DNA of 64,000 nucleotides from Spirochaetota bacterium (GTDB lineage Bacteria; Spirochaetota; Spirochaetia; SZUA-6). Under the pieces are notes generated by a model. That model saw only the letters and a list, made by a program, of their open reading frames with translations. It made no database searches and was not told the origin of the DNA. Of this stretch, positions 29,234 through 39,816 are shown in pieces (position 1 is the first letter of the stretch; each line of letters starts with the position of its first letter). The stretch lies in the NCBI GenBank assembly GCA_013151965.1, contig JAADHF010000132.1, positions 10,412 to 74,411 of the forward strand, given 5' to 3'. A program made the position numbers and the translations under genes.

Positions 29234-30328
29234 TTAAAGCTGGTTAATAATTTCATCGATGTCCAGATAGGTCTCTGCCAGCTGTACGGCTTCTTTTACT
29301 TTATCCTTATCTGTTGCTCTGATTTTAACCCGGCGTTCATGTACCTTCTTTGTCACCAGGTATGTATCATCCTCTGAAAACAAAATGGTAGAATGGGAAT
29401 CTTTAACTACTTTCATCACACCTTTGTGCGGCAGAAGGCCTCCGGTAAGAATCATGCCTGCCACTTTATTACTGCTTCCCATAATCCTCTCCGTAGCAAT
29501 AACGGCAAGAATAATATCTTCCCTGTCTCCGGGAACGATTATAAGACTGTTGGGAGTAAAATGCTCCAGCGCATGATACGGTTCCATCGCCCCCACAAGA
29601 ATAGTTATCACTTTTCTCTGAAGAAACTTCTCGCCGCAAAGGACTTTTGCCCCTGTAGCGTCCATAATCTGTTTCATCGTCGGATATGTAAGTTTTTTAT
29701 GGAAGGGTACTGTACCTAAAAGTTTTATTCCCTTACGCTGCAGGCCTAAACCTGCGATTTTCTTTATCTTCTCGTATTTTTCAGCAAGGACCTTATTTAT
29801 AATCACCCCCATTATCTCGACTCCGTTTTGATCAAAAAGAGCCTTATTTACCACAATCTCATCGATAGGCCTGCCTATACCCCCTGTGGCAACAATGATA
29901 ACCTTGCTGTTCAGAAGTTTTGCCACGGAAGCATTGGAAAGATCGAATACGGCTCCTACTCCGGCATGGCCTGTTCCCTCGATAATAACCAGATCCTTAT
30001 CTGCGGATATACGGTCATAAGAATCCTTTATTGATTTTGTATACTTTTCCAGCCCGCCTTCCTGTATATAATTCTCTGTGAATCCTCTTTCCACTGCAAT
30101 CGGATTCATATCCTTTAAATTATTGTTTATGCAATAGACATCTCTCATCAAAACAACATCTTCATCGACTTTACAACCATCCTGCTCAACATAGTGCTGT
30201 CCGACAGGCTTAATAAAACCACGCATGGAATATTTTTCTTTTAAAATGTGAAGCAGTCCCAGACAGATGGTGGACTTGCCGTCGTTTTGCCGGGTTGCAG
30301 CCACAAAGAGTCTTTTGTGGGAGCTCAT
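29234..30328 (-). CDS. BioD-like P-loop + DRTGG domain protein (Pta N-terminal-like, no acetyltransferase domain)
   Basis: ATRQNDGKS, FIKPVG, IIEGTGH, VIINKV, PGDREDI, ILTGG. Ends after the DRTGG domain. Confidence 0.82.
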   Translation of the reverse strand: MSSHKRLFVAATRQNDGKSTICLGLLHILKEKYSMRGFIKPVGQHYVEQDGCKVDEDVVLMRDVYCINNNLKDMNPIAVERGFTENYIQEGGLEKYTKSIKDSYDRISADKDLVIIEGTGHAGVGAVFDLSNASVAKLLNSKVIIVATGGIGRPIDEIVVNKALFDQNGVEIMGVIINKVLAEKYEKIKKIAGLGLQRKGIKLLGTVPFHKKLTYPTMKQIMDATGAKVLCGEKFLQRKVITILVGAMEPYHALEHFTPNSLIIVPGDREDIILAVIATERIMGSSNKVAGMILTGGLLPHKGVMKVVKDSHSTILFSEDDTYLVTKKVHERRVKIRATDKDKVKEAVQLAETYLDIDEIINQL

Positions 30329-31119
30329 TTTCTTCTGCTTTCCCTGTAAGCTTTTATATACGAGTCCGAATAGATATGTTTATTTAATATAATCTCAGTA
30401 GTTATAGCCGAGTTTAATAATTCCTCATCGGTAACATCACATATTGTTGCATCGAGACCTGCTTCGATACACATAATAAGAAATACACGGTTAATAAGCT
30501 TCATCTCACTGGCTTTGGAAGAAATATTGCTTAATCCTACAATAATATGAGGGGGAGGGCTGGAAAGAAGTGTAAACTGGCGGACAGCTTCTATTAAGTG
30601 ATAGGCCTGCGGCTGAAGAAATTTTAAGGGCATGGTTACAGGATCGAGAAAAATCTGATCCGGTGAAAGTCCCTTATCTATTGCTTCACTGAATATGGTG
30701 GCGCCGAGTTCTACACGTTGATTTACATCCTGTGGTGCACCCTTTTTGTCCATGCAGAGTCCGATTAAAGAAGCATTATGTTCTACCGCCACGGGGATAA
30801 GCTGATCCAGCTTTTCCTTATCTGCAGTAGTGGAATTAATTATAGGGGGATGCTTACAAACTTTTATAGCGCTTTCTATAAACGCAAGCTTGTTGCTGTC
30901 GATGGAGATCGGGGTTTCCACTGTTTCCTGGACAGCTTCTATCATCCAGATAAAATCATCTACCTTATTGGAAGCAGCCCCCATATTGACATCCAGATAA
31001 TCGGCACCGGCTTCTGTCTGAATCTTTGCCCAATGCTGAATAATCGACTTATCCTTTTCCTGTATAGCTCTTTTGATATCCTTAAACCCGCCGTTAATTC
31101 TCTCACCTATAAAAATCAT
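30325..31119 (-). CDS. acsE: Methyl-THF:corrinoid Fe-S protein methyltransferase
   Basis: IGERING, YLDVN.G, PISIDS, IINST, FLDP, GLSNIS pterin-binding motifs. Lies in the acs operon. Confidence 0.92.
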   Translation of the reverse strand: MIFIGERINGGFKDIKRAIQEKDKSIIQHWAKIQTEAGADYLDVNMGAASNKVDDFIWMIEAVQETVETPISIDSNKLAFIESAIKVCKHPPIINSTTADKEKLDQLIPVAVEHNASLIGLCMDKKGAPQDVNQRVELGATIFSEAIDKGLSPDQIFLDPVTMPLKFLQPQAYHLIEAVRQFTLLSSPPPHIIVGLSNISSKASEMKLINRVFLIMCIEAGLDATICDVTDEELLNSAITTEIILNKHIYSDSYIKAYRESRRK

Positions 31120-31158
31120 TTTTCTCCTCCTTATGTTGTTGATCTTTAACTAAATAAA

Positions 31159-32127
31159 TTAATTCTTATTTATTAAACTGTTAATATATTTCTTTAACTC
31201 TCCGACTGCTTTCGGATGCCGCATAATAATGATATCCGATCCGGACTGAAGGTAAACCAGAGCGGTTATTGCTTCCCAGAGCGGACCCCGCTGAACATGA
31301 TTTCCCCATCCCGGAACTTCCTCTTCAGTTGCTACGGCTTCCTTTACCTTCCATACTTCTTTCCCTATATCAGCTAAAAGAGGCATAGCCCACATTTTGT
31401 CTCCGGATAATCCTGCTATCCGTCCCCGTTCCATAATCGAATACACGTACTCTATTCCATATCCTAAAGAGCCGGTAGAAGGATAAATAACAATATCTTC
31501 AGCTGCCAGACCTATATCGGCAGCTAAAATATTAACCTGCTTGGCTATATTTATGTCAACAGGAGACTCGGCAATTAATTTATGTTTGTCAGCCTTGCAT
31601 AATGCCACCAGAGTTTTATAATTATCCTCGGTGATAGTGCCTAAAAGGCACCTCTCGCCTGCAGCGGTCTGGGAACAAACAGGGAGTATCTCATTGTTTT
31701 TTTCTTTGTTTCCGCAGCCCCATATTATAAGGGGAACGGTTACGGCTTCCAATACCTTCTTAACCGCTTCGGCAGCTTCAGCGCTGCTTTTGTTTTCTCC
31801 GTCCGGATCACATCCCTGAAGTCTTAAACAGATAAGATCTGCATTAAACTCATCCACGCATTTTTTAGCCCATTTCCCGGGGTCATCCCATACATCGGAA
31901 AAATATTTCTCCAGTTCTTCGGGCCAGTCTGCCGGAGCAAAATCCCATACTTCCATGGCTATCACCGGCCGGTGAGGACTGCTGCCTTCGAAGGAAAGAA
32001 AAGGCAAAGTACCGGTCCCTCCTATGGTAATGGTAGTAGATCTTGTTCCGCCTTCCTCTTTAGTGGCACCTATAGTCACCTCATTTATCGGATTGGGCCA
32101 ACTCTGTTTAACATCAGGGATATTCAT
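31159..32127 (-). CDS. acsD: Corrinoid Fe-S protein small subunit
   Basis: PFLSFEG..PHRPVIAMEVWD, SPVDINIAKQ.N, LGYGIEY.YSIMER, MRHP. Confidence 0.95.
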   Translation of the reverse strand: MNIPDVKQSWPNPINEVTIGATKEEGGTRSTTITIGGTGTLPFLSFEGSSPHRPVIAMEVWDFAPADWPEELEKYFSDVWDDPGKWAKKCVDEFNADLICLRLQGCDPDGENKSSAEAAEAVKKVLEAVTVPLIIWGCGNKEKNNEILPVCSQTAAGERCLLGTITEDNYKTLVALCKADKHKLIAESPVDINIAKQVNILAADIGLAAEDIVIYPSTGSLGYGIEYVYSIMERGRIAGLSGDKMWAMPLLADIGKEVWKVKEAVATEEEVPGWGNHVQRGPLWEAITALVYLQSGSDIIIMRHPKAVGELKKYINSLINKN

Positions 32128-32144
32128 TACATACTCCTCCTTTT

Positions 32145-32909
32145 TTAACTTCCTGTCTTATACCCCGCCTTTGTCATTATATTCTTTACAGAAGAAAAGG
32201 CAGGCGAGTCCTGGCTTAAGCCGAGTAAAGACCTTCCGTTCCAACTGTACTCTTCCAGGTCAGGGTCATATTCTATCTTTCCTAAATAGTTTTCATTTAT
32301 ATTTTTAAGGTATTCCTCTGTATTTTTGTTAAATCTGTAATTTGCTATCAGGTAAAGGTTATTATAGTGTATTCCGATTTCCGAGGTAATTCTTTTTGTT
32401 CTCTCTATATTATTTAAGGCTTTCTTGGAAGGGTCTAATATTACAAATATGTCGTCTATCTCCGAGAATATTCTTCGGTTAAGATGCTCGAGGCCGCCCG
32501 GTGAATCTATAATTGTGTATTCATAACTATTGGCTACTTTGGAAATAATACTCCTTAAAATATTATTAGGCGAGCAATAGCAGCCTTTTGTCCATTTTAC
32601 TCCCAGGGAGATCATATCAAATTTATCCGATTCATATAAACAGTCTGCATTAAGCAGGTATTCTAATTTTTCAGTCAATGGCATAGAGTTTAACTGCTCA
32701 TCACCTTTGCCTTTTTGAATATCAAAAAGTATATCGGAGATAGTTCTTACTTCTTCTTTCTCCGGATCAACTCCCAGCAGTTCGGCAAGATTCTGGTCGG
32801 AATCGGCATCGACAAGCAGGGGGTGTAAGCCCAGGTATTTTGCCGCCAAAGCAACAAAAGTCGTTTTGCCTGTTCCTCCTCTTCCGGTGCAAACAATTTT
32901 CTTACCCAT
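32145..32909 (-). CDS. acsF: CooC2/AcsF nickel-insertion ATPase
   Basis: GRGGTGKT, DADSD.NL, GCYC.PN, DSPGGLEHLNR. Confidence 0.85.
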   Translation of the reverse strand: MGKKIVCTGRGGTGKTTFVALAAKYLGLHPLLVDADSDQNLAELLGVDPEKEEVRTISDILFDIQKGKGDEQLNSMPLTEKLEYLLNADCLYESDKFDMISLGVKWTKGCYCSPNNILRSIISKVANSYEYTIIDSPGGLEHLNRRIFSEIDDIFVILDPSKKALNNIERTKRITSEIGIHYNNLYLIANYRFNKNTEEYLKNINENYLGKIEYDPDLEEYSWNGRSLLGLSQDSPAFSSVKNIMTKAGYKTGS

Positions 32910-32913
32910 TTTA

Positions 32914-34827
32914 TTAAGTCCTTTTTAATTTTTTCATTATAGTGGGGAATTTCCCTACATCCGTATGAGGCAGAAATTTCGCTGACATAAACTCATTCAT
33001 ATAATCCGCGTAAGTAATAAGATCATAATAAGTAATATTTTTACTGATTTTATAAGCAATATCAAGAGCATCCTTAGACAGAAGAGCCATTTTTGCTCCC
33101 AATATGGATGTATTGCCCACAAACTGTACTTTTTCCCTTTCGATATCGGGAATAAGGCCGAGAGTTATTGCATTTTCTTTATTAAGATAGTTGCCGAATC
33201 CTCCGGCAAGATAAATCCTTTTAATATCGGAAAATCCGATACTTAATATATTGATAAGCACATTAATTCCGGCAAAAATCGCAGCCTTAGCTCTGATGAG
33301 GCTCTCTATATCAGCCTGAGTTATAACTATATCATCCTTAATTGCAGTTTGAGAAGAAGGCACCAGGATAAACTCCAGTTCTCCGTTTACCTTCCTTACC
33401 CTTTCATTTGCATCGGGATTTAATTTACCGGACCGGTCCACAATTCCCGCCATAAACAGTTCAGCCATAATGTCTACCAACCCGGAACCGCATATACCTA
33501 TCGGGTCCGCTTCTCCGATAGTTGTGTATTGAATTTTACCATCTTCGGAGATTTTAAACTTCTCTATAGCTCCTTCGGCTGCTCTCATTCCGTTTTTAAC
33601 TCCGCTTCCTTCGAAAGCAGGGCCCGCCGAAGCGGAGCAGCAAACCATCCAGTCTTTATTTCCGATTACAATTTCTCCATTTGTTCCGATATCGATAAGC
33701 ATGGTAAGTTCATCTGCCTGATACAAGCCGGTTGCAAGTATTCCCGCTGTAACATCGGCTCCTATCCAGCTTGCTATACTTGGAAGGGAGTAGAGCAGTC
33801 CCCTGGGATTAATCTTTATTCCGACCTCAGATGCTCTTATGGGGGGCGGATAGGTACATACAGGAATAAAAGGTTCTTTACGAAGGTTGGAAGGATCCAA
33901 TTCAAGGAGAAAATGAATCATTGCCGTATTTCCTGCACAAACAACAGCCATCACATCATTAAGACGGATGTTGTTTCTGGATATTAAAGTAGTAATAAGA
34001 TTATTTATATCTTCAACGATTGCTTCTCTTAGCTTTTCTTCCCCTTTTAGTTCGGCATAAATTATTCTTCTTGTTACCTCGTCCCCGTAACTCATTTGAG
34101 AGTTGTAGGTAGCCTCGGCATCCATGGTCTCGAATGTATTTAGATTTACAAGATGAACCACAACTGTCGAAGTTCCCACATCCACGGCAACGGCGAAGTT
34201 CTGATCCGTTGTATTTCCCTCCTCCACCTGAATAGCTTCTATTGTTCCTCCTCTTACTCCCAGGGTAACAGTTATTTTCCAATCACCGTTTCTTAGGATA
34301 TAGGGTAAAGACCGTATTACCTTAAGGCCGCTCTGCATATTGGGGATATTTTTTTTTCGTTTTATGCTGCGGTAGAGATGAACATGATCGGATACATTAT
34401 CCTGCAGGGAAGGAGGAGAAACTTCGAGATAGATTTTCTGGATAAGGGGATCGTATTTAAAAAATACCTGTCCCTTCATGGGAGCATAAAGGGCTCTGAA
34501 CCTCTGAGCATCCTTGTCTATAAGGATTTTCCCTTTTGCCCGTGATTCGGGAGGAACCTCGATTACTACGTCCCCTGTTACTTCGGTCTGACAGGCAAGG
34601 ACATAACCTTCTTTTATCTCGTCCCGCTTAAGAAGGGTAGTCGGGCGTGCGGTAACATCACCTTCTTTAATTATAAGTTTACACTTGCCGCATATGCCGT
34701 CCCCTCCGCAGATGGAGTTAACATAAACGCCGGCTCTTATCGATGCCTCTAAAAGAGTGATGCCCTTTTCTACCAGTATTGTTTCGTCCTGGGATAGAAA
34801 GGTTACTTTAACCTTGTTTTCTTTCAT
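32914..34827 (-). CDS. acsV: Corrinoid reductive activator (RACo/AcsV, ASKHA ATPase with 2Fe-2S domain)
   Basis: CGGDGICGKC..LACQ, DVGTSTV, IDIGTNGE, SAGPAFEG, GICGSG, LAGGFG. Confidence 0.92.
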   Translation of the reverse strand: MKENKVKVTFLSQDETILVEKGITLLEASIRAGVYVNSICGGDGICGKCKLIIKEGDVTARPTTLLKRDEIKEGYVLACQTEVTGDVVIEVPPESRAKGKILIDKDAQRFRALYAPMKGQVFFKYDPLIQKIYLEVSPPSLQDNVSDHVHLYRSIKRKKNIPNMQSGLKVIRSLPYILRNGDWKITVTLGVRGGTIEAIQVEEGNTTDQNFAVAVDVGTSTVVVHLVNLNTFETMDAEATYNSQMSYGDEVTRRIIYAELKGEEKLREAIVEDINNLITTLISRNNIRLNDVMAVVCAGNTAMIHFLLELDPSNLRKEPFIPVCTYPPPIRASEVGIKINPRGLLYSLPSIASWIGADVTAGILATGLYQADELTMLIDIGTNGEIVIGNKDWMVCCSASAGPAFEGSGVKNGMRAAEGAIEKFKISEDGKIQYTTIGEADPIGICGSGLVDIMAELFMAGIVDRSGKLNPDANERVRKVNGELEFILVPSSQTAIKDDIVITQADIESLIRAKAAIFAGINVLINILSIGFSDIKRIYLAGGFGNYLNKENAITLGLIPDIEREKVQFVGNTSILGAKMALLSKDALDIAYKISKNITYYDLITYADYMNEFMSAKFLPHTDVGKFPTIMKKLKRT

Positions 34828-36173
34828 TGTTTATTGTTTAACTTCCACTCATTTTTAAGAAAGCTCGGCAGCCTGGCTGCTTCCTCCGGACCGACCAGTA
34901 CATTCCAGCCGTACTCGTCTATAAGTTCCGCCCGGAAAACAGCTACAAGGCCGGGGATAATAATGGTATTATGGTTTACTTTTTCTCTTACTTTCTGTTT
35001 TTCCAGGGTTTTCGCTATCTTTTCCGCAGACCATTTATCTCCGGCAAAGGCATTTAAAACACCCATCCCCTCGGTTCCCACTACGGAGATACAGGATGGT
35101 ATTTTACTGTTTTCCACCTCTGATTCTACGGTAAAATAGGTCAGGGAAAAATTAGTGGTAACAATTACCGGAGAGGCGGGTGTTACTGTTCCTATCTCGT
35201 ATAGTTTGGCCTCTACAGCATTCGGCACCTGCGGATCGGTATATATATTCTGTCTGACAGTGAGCAACGGCAGAAATTGCCAGGTCTGTTTCGATTTCAT
35301 TACCACTATATTTGCATATTTACATATATATGTAGATGCCTGCATAATTTCCTGAAAAGGGTCGTCATTGCTTGTAAACATTATAGTAGGATACCCTAAG
35401 GGACGAAAGACTTTCTCTACCGCCAGCCGTCTTAATTTAGTTAAACATTCAAGTGCACTTCCTGTATCCCCGGCCTCCGGATCAAGAACAAGATCATCCA
35501 CTCCGAGTTTCTTTATATCCTGAGTAAGGTCTGCAAGTTCCTCCAGGCTCCCCGCTGAGACGGCGAGGGGGCAGTTATAATTTTTGGCAAGAGCAGCCAT
35601 TTTTTCATAATTATCCTTATTGGCGGAATAAATTAAAGGCCTTTCCCTGCCTACGGCTTTTAAAGCAGGTTCCATAACAGACGGGTCCTGACATATGAGA
35701 ATAAGCGAAAGAGCGGTTTCCCCTGTAATTTTTTCTGCAAGGGAAGCGAATTCTTTGCCGCCGGCCGAATTGTGCCGTAAAGCTACAAGATTTATTCCTA
35801 TTTCCTCACCTACTCTTTCGAACTTTAGCCGGTTTATGGAGTTTATCTCTTTATTCAGTTCTTCACCTGTTAAAGAATCTTCGACTAAAACGGCTATCCC
35901 TGTCGGATTATGAAATTTTTCCTTATGCCGGAAAAGTACCGTTTCCCGTCCTATATCTAATTTATTCTTACTGCCGATCGAAACAAGCTTCATGGGCGGT
36001 GCCGAAGCCTCGGCAAGTTTGGCTGTTGATTCATCACTTATATGGGGACATTTATCCAGGGAAACCTTTTTTGCCGTTACCTGCATGGCAAACGCCATGC
36101 AGGTGGGAAAATCGCAGTCCCCGCAGTTAGTTCTGGGTAAAAGTTTATAGATCTGTAATCCGGTTAAAGCCAT
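34824..36173 (-). CDS. acsC: Corrinoid Fe-S protein large subunit
   Basis: LPRTNCGDC..PTCMAFA..CP, RQNIYTDPQ.P, TTNFSLTYF. Confidence 0.96.
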   Translation of the reverse strand: MALTGLQIYKLLPRTNCGDCDFPTCMAFAMQVTAKKVSLDKCPHISDESTAKLAEASAPPMKLVSIGSKNKLDIGRETVLFRHKEKFHNPTGIAVLVEDSLTGEELNKEINSINRLKFERVGEEIGINLVALRHNSAGGKEFASLAEKITGETALSLILICQDPSVMEPALKAVGRERPLIYSANKDNYEKMAALAKNYNCPLAVSAGSLEELADLTQDIKKLGVDDLVLDPEAGDTGSALECLTKLRRLAVEKVFRPLGYPTIMFTSNDDPFQEIMQASTYICKYANIVVMKSKQTWQFLPLLTVRQNIYTDPQVPNAVEAKLYEIGTVTPASPVIVTTNFSLTYFTVESEVENSKIPSCISVVGTEGMGVLNAFAGDKWSAEKIAKTLEKQKVREKVNHNTIIIPGLVAVFRAELIDEYGWNVLVGPEEAARLPSFLKNEWKLNNKQ

Positions 36174-36268
36174 TAATTTCCTCCTCCTCTGGAATAAACA
36201 ACTGATCTTAAGACTGGCCCTTAAGATTTATTATATTCATCTATACTTTATTCTGTTCGAATCAATAA

Positions 36269-38497
36269 TTATATCATAGGCGGCATGGAAAGAGCAGGAT
36301 GCTTCTTTTCCTCGAGGAACGCTAAAAGTTCCTCTGAGGTAACAGCATCTTTTTCCGTAGCTATCTTTTCCATAAGATCCGGTTCATTAATCTCTTCCAG
36401 CCTTTTATGCAATCTGTCTTCTATTTCTTTCTTGAGTTCCTCCGGCATCCAGATTACCCTCTTTATTCCACCGTCGGCAGAAATAAACTTTTTACTGGTA
36501 ATATAAACCTTGCCGATTCCTATAATTCCCGGAGTCTGTACTCCGCCGCCCACCTGGCCGGCCATGGTACTAAAAGCCATTCCTATGGGAGTCATTCCTG
36601 TAAATTCCCGGTTAATAATCATAACTCCGTTAGCTTCGGGCAGAATCGCCACAATACACTCAAAGCACCCGCATGAAGTCATCGGATCCTCCAGCATGGA
36701 GTATGCATTAAATCTCTCCAGATTGCCATGGGATTTCACCTTGAGGTATTCGTTTACTCCTTCCCATTGTCCGTTAACCGGATCCAGGCATTTGTTCTTT
36801 TTAACCGGTTCATTCGGTCCATGAGGATTTAACTGATATGATGCCTTGCAATCGAGCCAGGTATAGGCGCCGCAGAGGCCTAATCTTTCCGGTGTTACAA
36901 TACATACATGGTCCGGTGCATAAGACTGACAGAGAATACAGCTGTAGAATGTATCTACATCCTCATCGGTCATCCCGCCCAGCCGTTCGTCTCTTTCGTA
37001 ATAAATTCTCCTCGCTTCTTCCAACGGCTCCTCTATTTTATTACTGTCTGTAATAAGCGTAACCTGAACTTTATCTACAATTTTTGAATACTCATCGTGA
37101 ATTTTGGCTACCAGTATTTTCCCGATATGTTTTAACCTGAATCCTTTCTGATAGATTTCTTTACTTATCCTTATCCACGCAATAGCCCTCTGGCCCATAT
37201 GAAATACCCCGTTAGCGCAGGATAGAAATTCATGTATTCTCCGTTCAAGAACAGATTCGAAATCCTCACTGAAATTCCTTCCCGCGACATCCACCAGGAT
37301 TGCCAGATTCATGGCTGTTCCCACTTCTGCCGAATCAATATCCTGGCCGATTATTTCTACTTTGCCGTCTTCCACCTCATTCATCGGCTTACCTCTTAAG
37401 ATTTCGAAGGCTGTACTGCTTTTGCCGCCGAACTCGACCTGCATCTGCTCTTTTCTAACCCTTTCACCTTCGAATCCCGCTCCATAGGGAACAGGAATGG
37501 GAACTTCGGATATTTTTATTTCCAGCCCCCTTACCTCGATAGCTTTACCGACTATCTTATCGAGAGGAATATTAGAGACAACATGTTCATAGGTACAGAT
37601 TCCGGTTGGTAAAATCTGGGGTATATCGATATCGGATAAAGTGGGAAAACCGAAATTGATAGCTCCGGCCGCCGCCGCATACTTCTCATCGGTGATGAGC
37701 TGACCGCTTCCGTTTACTCCGGGATCGGCTCCCAGGGCAAGAACAAAAGCGTGAACCCTTTCTTTATTGTAAAGAAGTATCTTCCTGGCCACCTCCATGG
37801 CATTTTGCGGACCTTCCGGCTTTATTCCGCCGAAAGTCAGAGCAGCCCTGACAGCAAAATTTAAAGCAAGAATGGCAGAAGATGTATCCTTGCCGTATGG
37901 AACAAGAAAAGTGTCCCAGTTCATCTCTATCCCCTCTTCGGCGAGCTGTTCGGCCATACTCTTTCCGCCGGAAGATGAAACCATAAAAACCAGGATATTT
38001 TTCTGCTGAAGAGACCGGGCAAGCTCAACTGCCTGTTCATTAGTGGGAAGAGCTCCCACACAGGCGGCAAAACCGGACATTCTTCCGTCCACTAATTTTA
38101 TTCCCTGCAGTCTTAAAGTATTGTCATCGGTAAAACCGAGCCATATTCCTTCCGGTTTATACCCTTCGACATATTTCAATGCCTCGATTATTTCGGTGGC
38201 AATTAAAGTGACAATTCCCGCATCGAGTGTATTTCCCAGATAGGGAAGCCAGAGTTTCTCTCTTACAAGCGGAGGAAGAAGAAGTTTTGCCTGCTCCAGC
38301 GCTCTTTTCGTATCGGACAGGGTTTTTACTTCTATCCCGGTAAGAGCTAAAATCGCAGGCAGATAATAAGCAGTATTGGGGAATGCTACTTCCTGTTCTT
38401 CACCCTTCTCCTTAATTAGTGCATTTAACTTTTCCTCAGCATCTTTTACGTATTTATGTGCCCCGCGTATTGCTGCTGATGCAATTATTCTAGACAT
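36269..38497 (-). CDS. acsB: Acetyl-CoA synthase
   Basis: FPNTAYYLP N-terminus. A-cluster ligands C.LCQSYAP.HVC, GLCGA and PMTSCGCFEC. Confidence 0.97.
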   Translation of the reverse strand: MSRIIASAAIRGAHKYVKDAEEKLNALIKEKGEEQEVAFPNTAYYLPAILALTGIEVKTLSDTKRALEQAKLLLPPLVREKLWLPYLGNTLDAGIVTLIATEIIEALKYVEGYKPEGIWLGFTDDNTLRLQGIKLVDGRMSGFAACVGALPTNEQAVELARSLQQKNILVFMVSSSGGKSMAEQLAEEGIEMNWDTFLVPYGKDTSSAILALNFAVRAALTFGGIKPEGPQNAMEVARKILLYNKERVHAFVLALGADPGVNGSGQLITDEKYAAAAGAINFGFPTLSDIDIPQILPTGICTYEHVVSNIPLDKIVGKAIEVRGLEIKISEVPIPVPYGAGFEGERVRKEQMQVEFGGKSSTAFEILRGKPMNEVEDGKVEIIGQDIDSAEVGTAMNLAILVDVAGRNFSEDFESVLERRIHEFLSCANGVFHMGQRAIAWIRISKEIYQKGFRLKHIGKILVAKIHDEYSKIVDKVQVTLITDSNKIEEPLEEARRIYYERDERLGGMTDEDVDTFYSCILCQSYAPDHVCIVTPERLGLCGAYTWLDCKASYQLNPHGPNEPVKKNKCLDPVNGQWEGVNEYLKVKSHGNLERFNAYSMLEDPMTSCGCFECIVAILPEANGVMIINREFTGMTPIGMAFSTMAGQVGGGVQTPGIIGIGKVYITSKKFISADGGIKRVIWMPEELKKEIEDRLHKRLEEINEPDLMEKIATEKDAVTSEELLAFLEEKKHPALSMPPMI

Positions 38498-38520
38498 AGC
38501 TAATCTCCTATCGCATTAAA

Positions 38521-39816
38521 TTATGCTATTCTTATAATTTCTCCCTGCGGAGAAATACTCTCACGAAAACCTTCTTTTCTTTCTAAAAGGTCTTTCACCT
38601 TAGGATAGTCAAAATAATCCTCCGGTAGAATATCTCTTATCGAAGATATATCCGCCTTATTTCTTATTAAGGCTGTGTATACTCCGGCATTTTCAATTTT
38701 ATTAATTGTTGTAAAGCCGACAAGCCTGTTCCCTTTAAGTACAATCCTCTTATAGCTATATTCTTCCGGGTCATTAGACCCTGTTAATTCTTCGTACCCT
38801 TCTTCTATTTCCCCTGCATAGCCGACCGACATAAAGGGCAGACCAAAAAAGTCAGCTGAATTTGCTCCTATGGAACCTGGATACTTCTTATCCTTCCTGA
38901 CCATATTCATGCCTGCAATTCTTCCCTGTTCACAGGCAGCAGTCCAGAGAGCATTTACTTCTCCGGTGCCGGTTACCATATCGGTAGTTTCGGCAACATC
39001 TCCCGCAGCAAAGACTCCCTCGACATTTGTCTGCAGGAATTCATCTGTAATAATCCCCAGATGTGTCTTTATCGGAGAATCTTTGACTAAAGAAATGTTG
39101 GGCGTAATTCCTTTTCCCACTATTACAAGTTTAACGGATATTTTCTCTCCGTTATCGAGCAGTACTCCCTCGACATTACCATTGCCTAAAATCTCCTGCG
39201 GGCCGATGCCGGTTCGGATAGATATTCCATTTTTCTTAAACCATTTATCCAATATTGCGGCTGCTTCGGCGTTAACCGTCCGGGAAAGCAGCCTGGAAGA
39301 TTTAACCATTACCAGGACATCGAGACCTCTTTTTTTCAGCCCATAGGCGGCTTTAAGCCCGATTAATCCTCCGCCGAAAACTACTGCCTTTCCGGTTTTT
39401 TCACCTGTTTTTATAATTTCTTCGGCATCGTGCAATGTCCGAAACCCGAAAACCCCGTGTTTTTCTTCACCCTTTATACTTAAGGGTTTGGAACTTGCTC
39501 CGGCTGCAATCAGGAGTTTATTGTAAGGCAGAGGGTTCCCTTTCTGCAGAATTACTTCTTTTTTTGAAACATCTACCCCTTTTACCGTTTCTCCCAGAAT
39601 TAAATCTACCTTGTTTTTCTCATAAAAGTCCTTTTCCCGGTAGAGAATGTCTTCTTTTTTACGGGTTCCGGCGACATAGTCTGTAATGAGAGACCTGCAG
39701 TAAACAGGATAGTTTTCGTCTGATATTACCGTGATTTTGCCATTCTTATCCAGCTTTCTTATTCCCTCGACAGCATTAATCCCCGCCGCACAATTACCGA
39801 CTATTAAGTAGCACAT
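38521..39816 (-). CDS. FAD/NAD(P)-dependent oxidoreductase (pyridine nucleotide-disulfide/NirB-like family)
   Basis: IVGN.AAG, LLIAAG, VFGGGLIG, VFAAGDVAE. Overlaps the end of cooF. Confidence 0.9.
   Translation of the reverse strand: MCYLIVGNCAAGINAVEGIRKLDKNGKITVISDENYPVYCRSLITDYVAGTRKKEDILYREKDFYEKNKVDLILGETVKGVDVSKKEVILQKGNPLPYNKLLIAAGASSKPLSIKGEEKHGVFGFRTLHDAEEIIKTGEKTGKAVVFGGGLIGLKAAYGLKKRGLDVLVMVKSSRLLSRTVNAEAAAILDKWFKKNGISIRTGIGPQEILGNGNVEGVLLDNGEKISVKLVIVGKGITPNISLVKDSPIKTHLGIITDEFLQTNVEGVFAAGDVAETTDMVTGTGEVNALWTAACEQGRIAGMNMVRKDKKYPGSIGANSADFFGLPFMSVGYAGEIEEGYEELTGSNDPEEYSYKRIVLKGNRLVGFTTINKIENAGVYTALIRNKADISSIRDILPEDYFDYPKVKDLLERKEGFRESISPQGEIIRIA

Noticed and set aside
29234..30328. 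Calling this gene pta or bioD
   Set aside because: It lacks the Pta catalytic domain and has a DRTGG domain not found in BioD.
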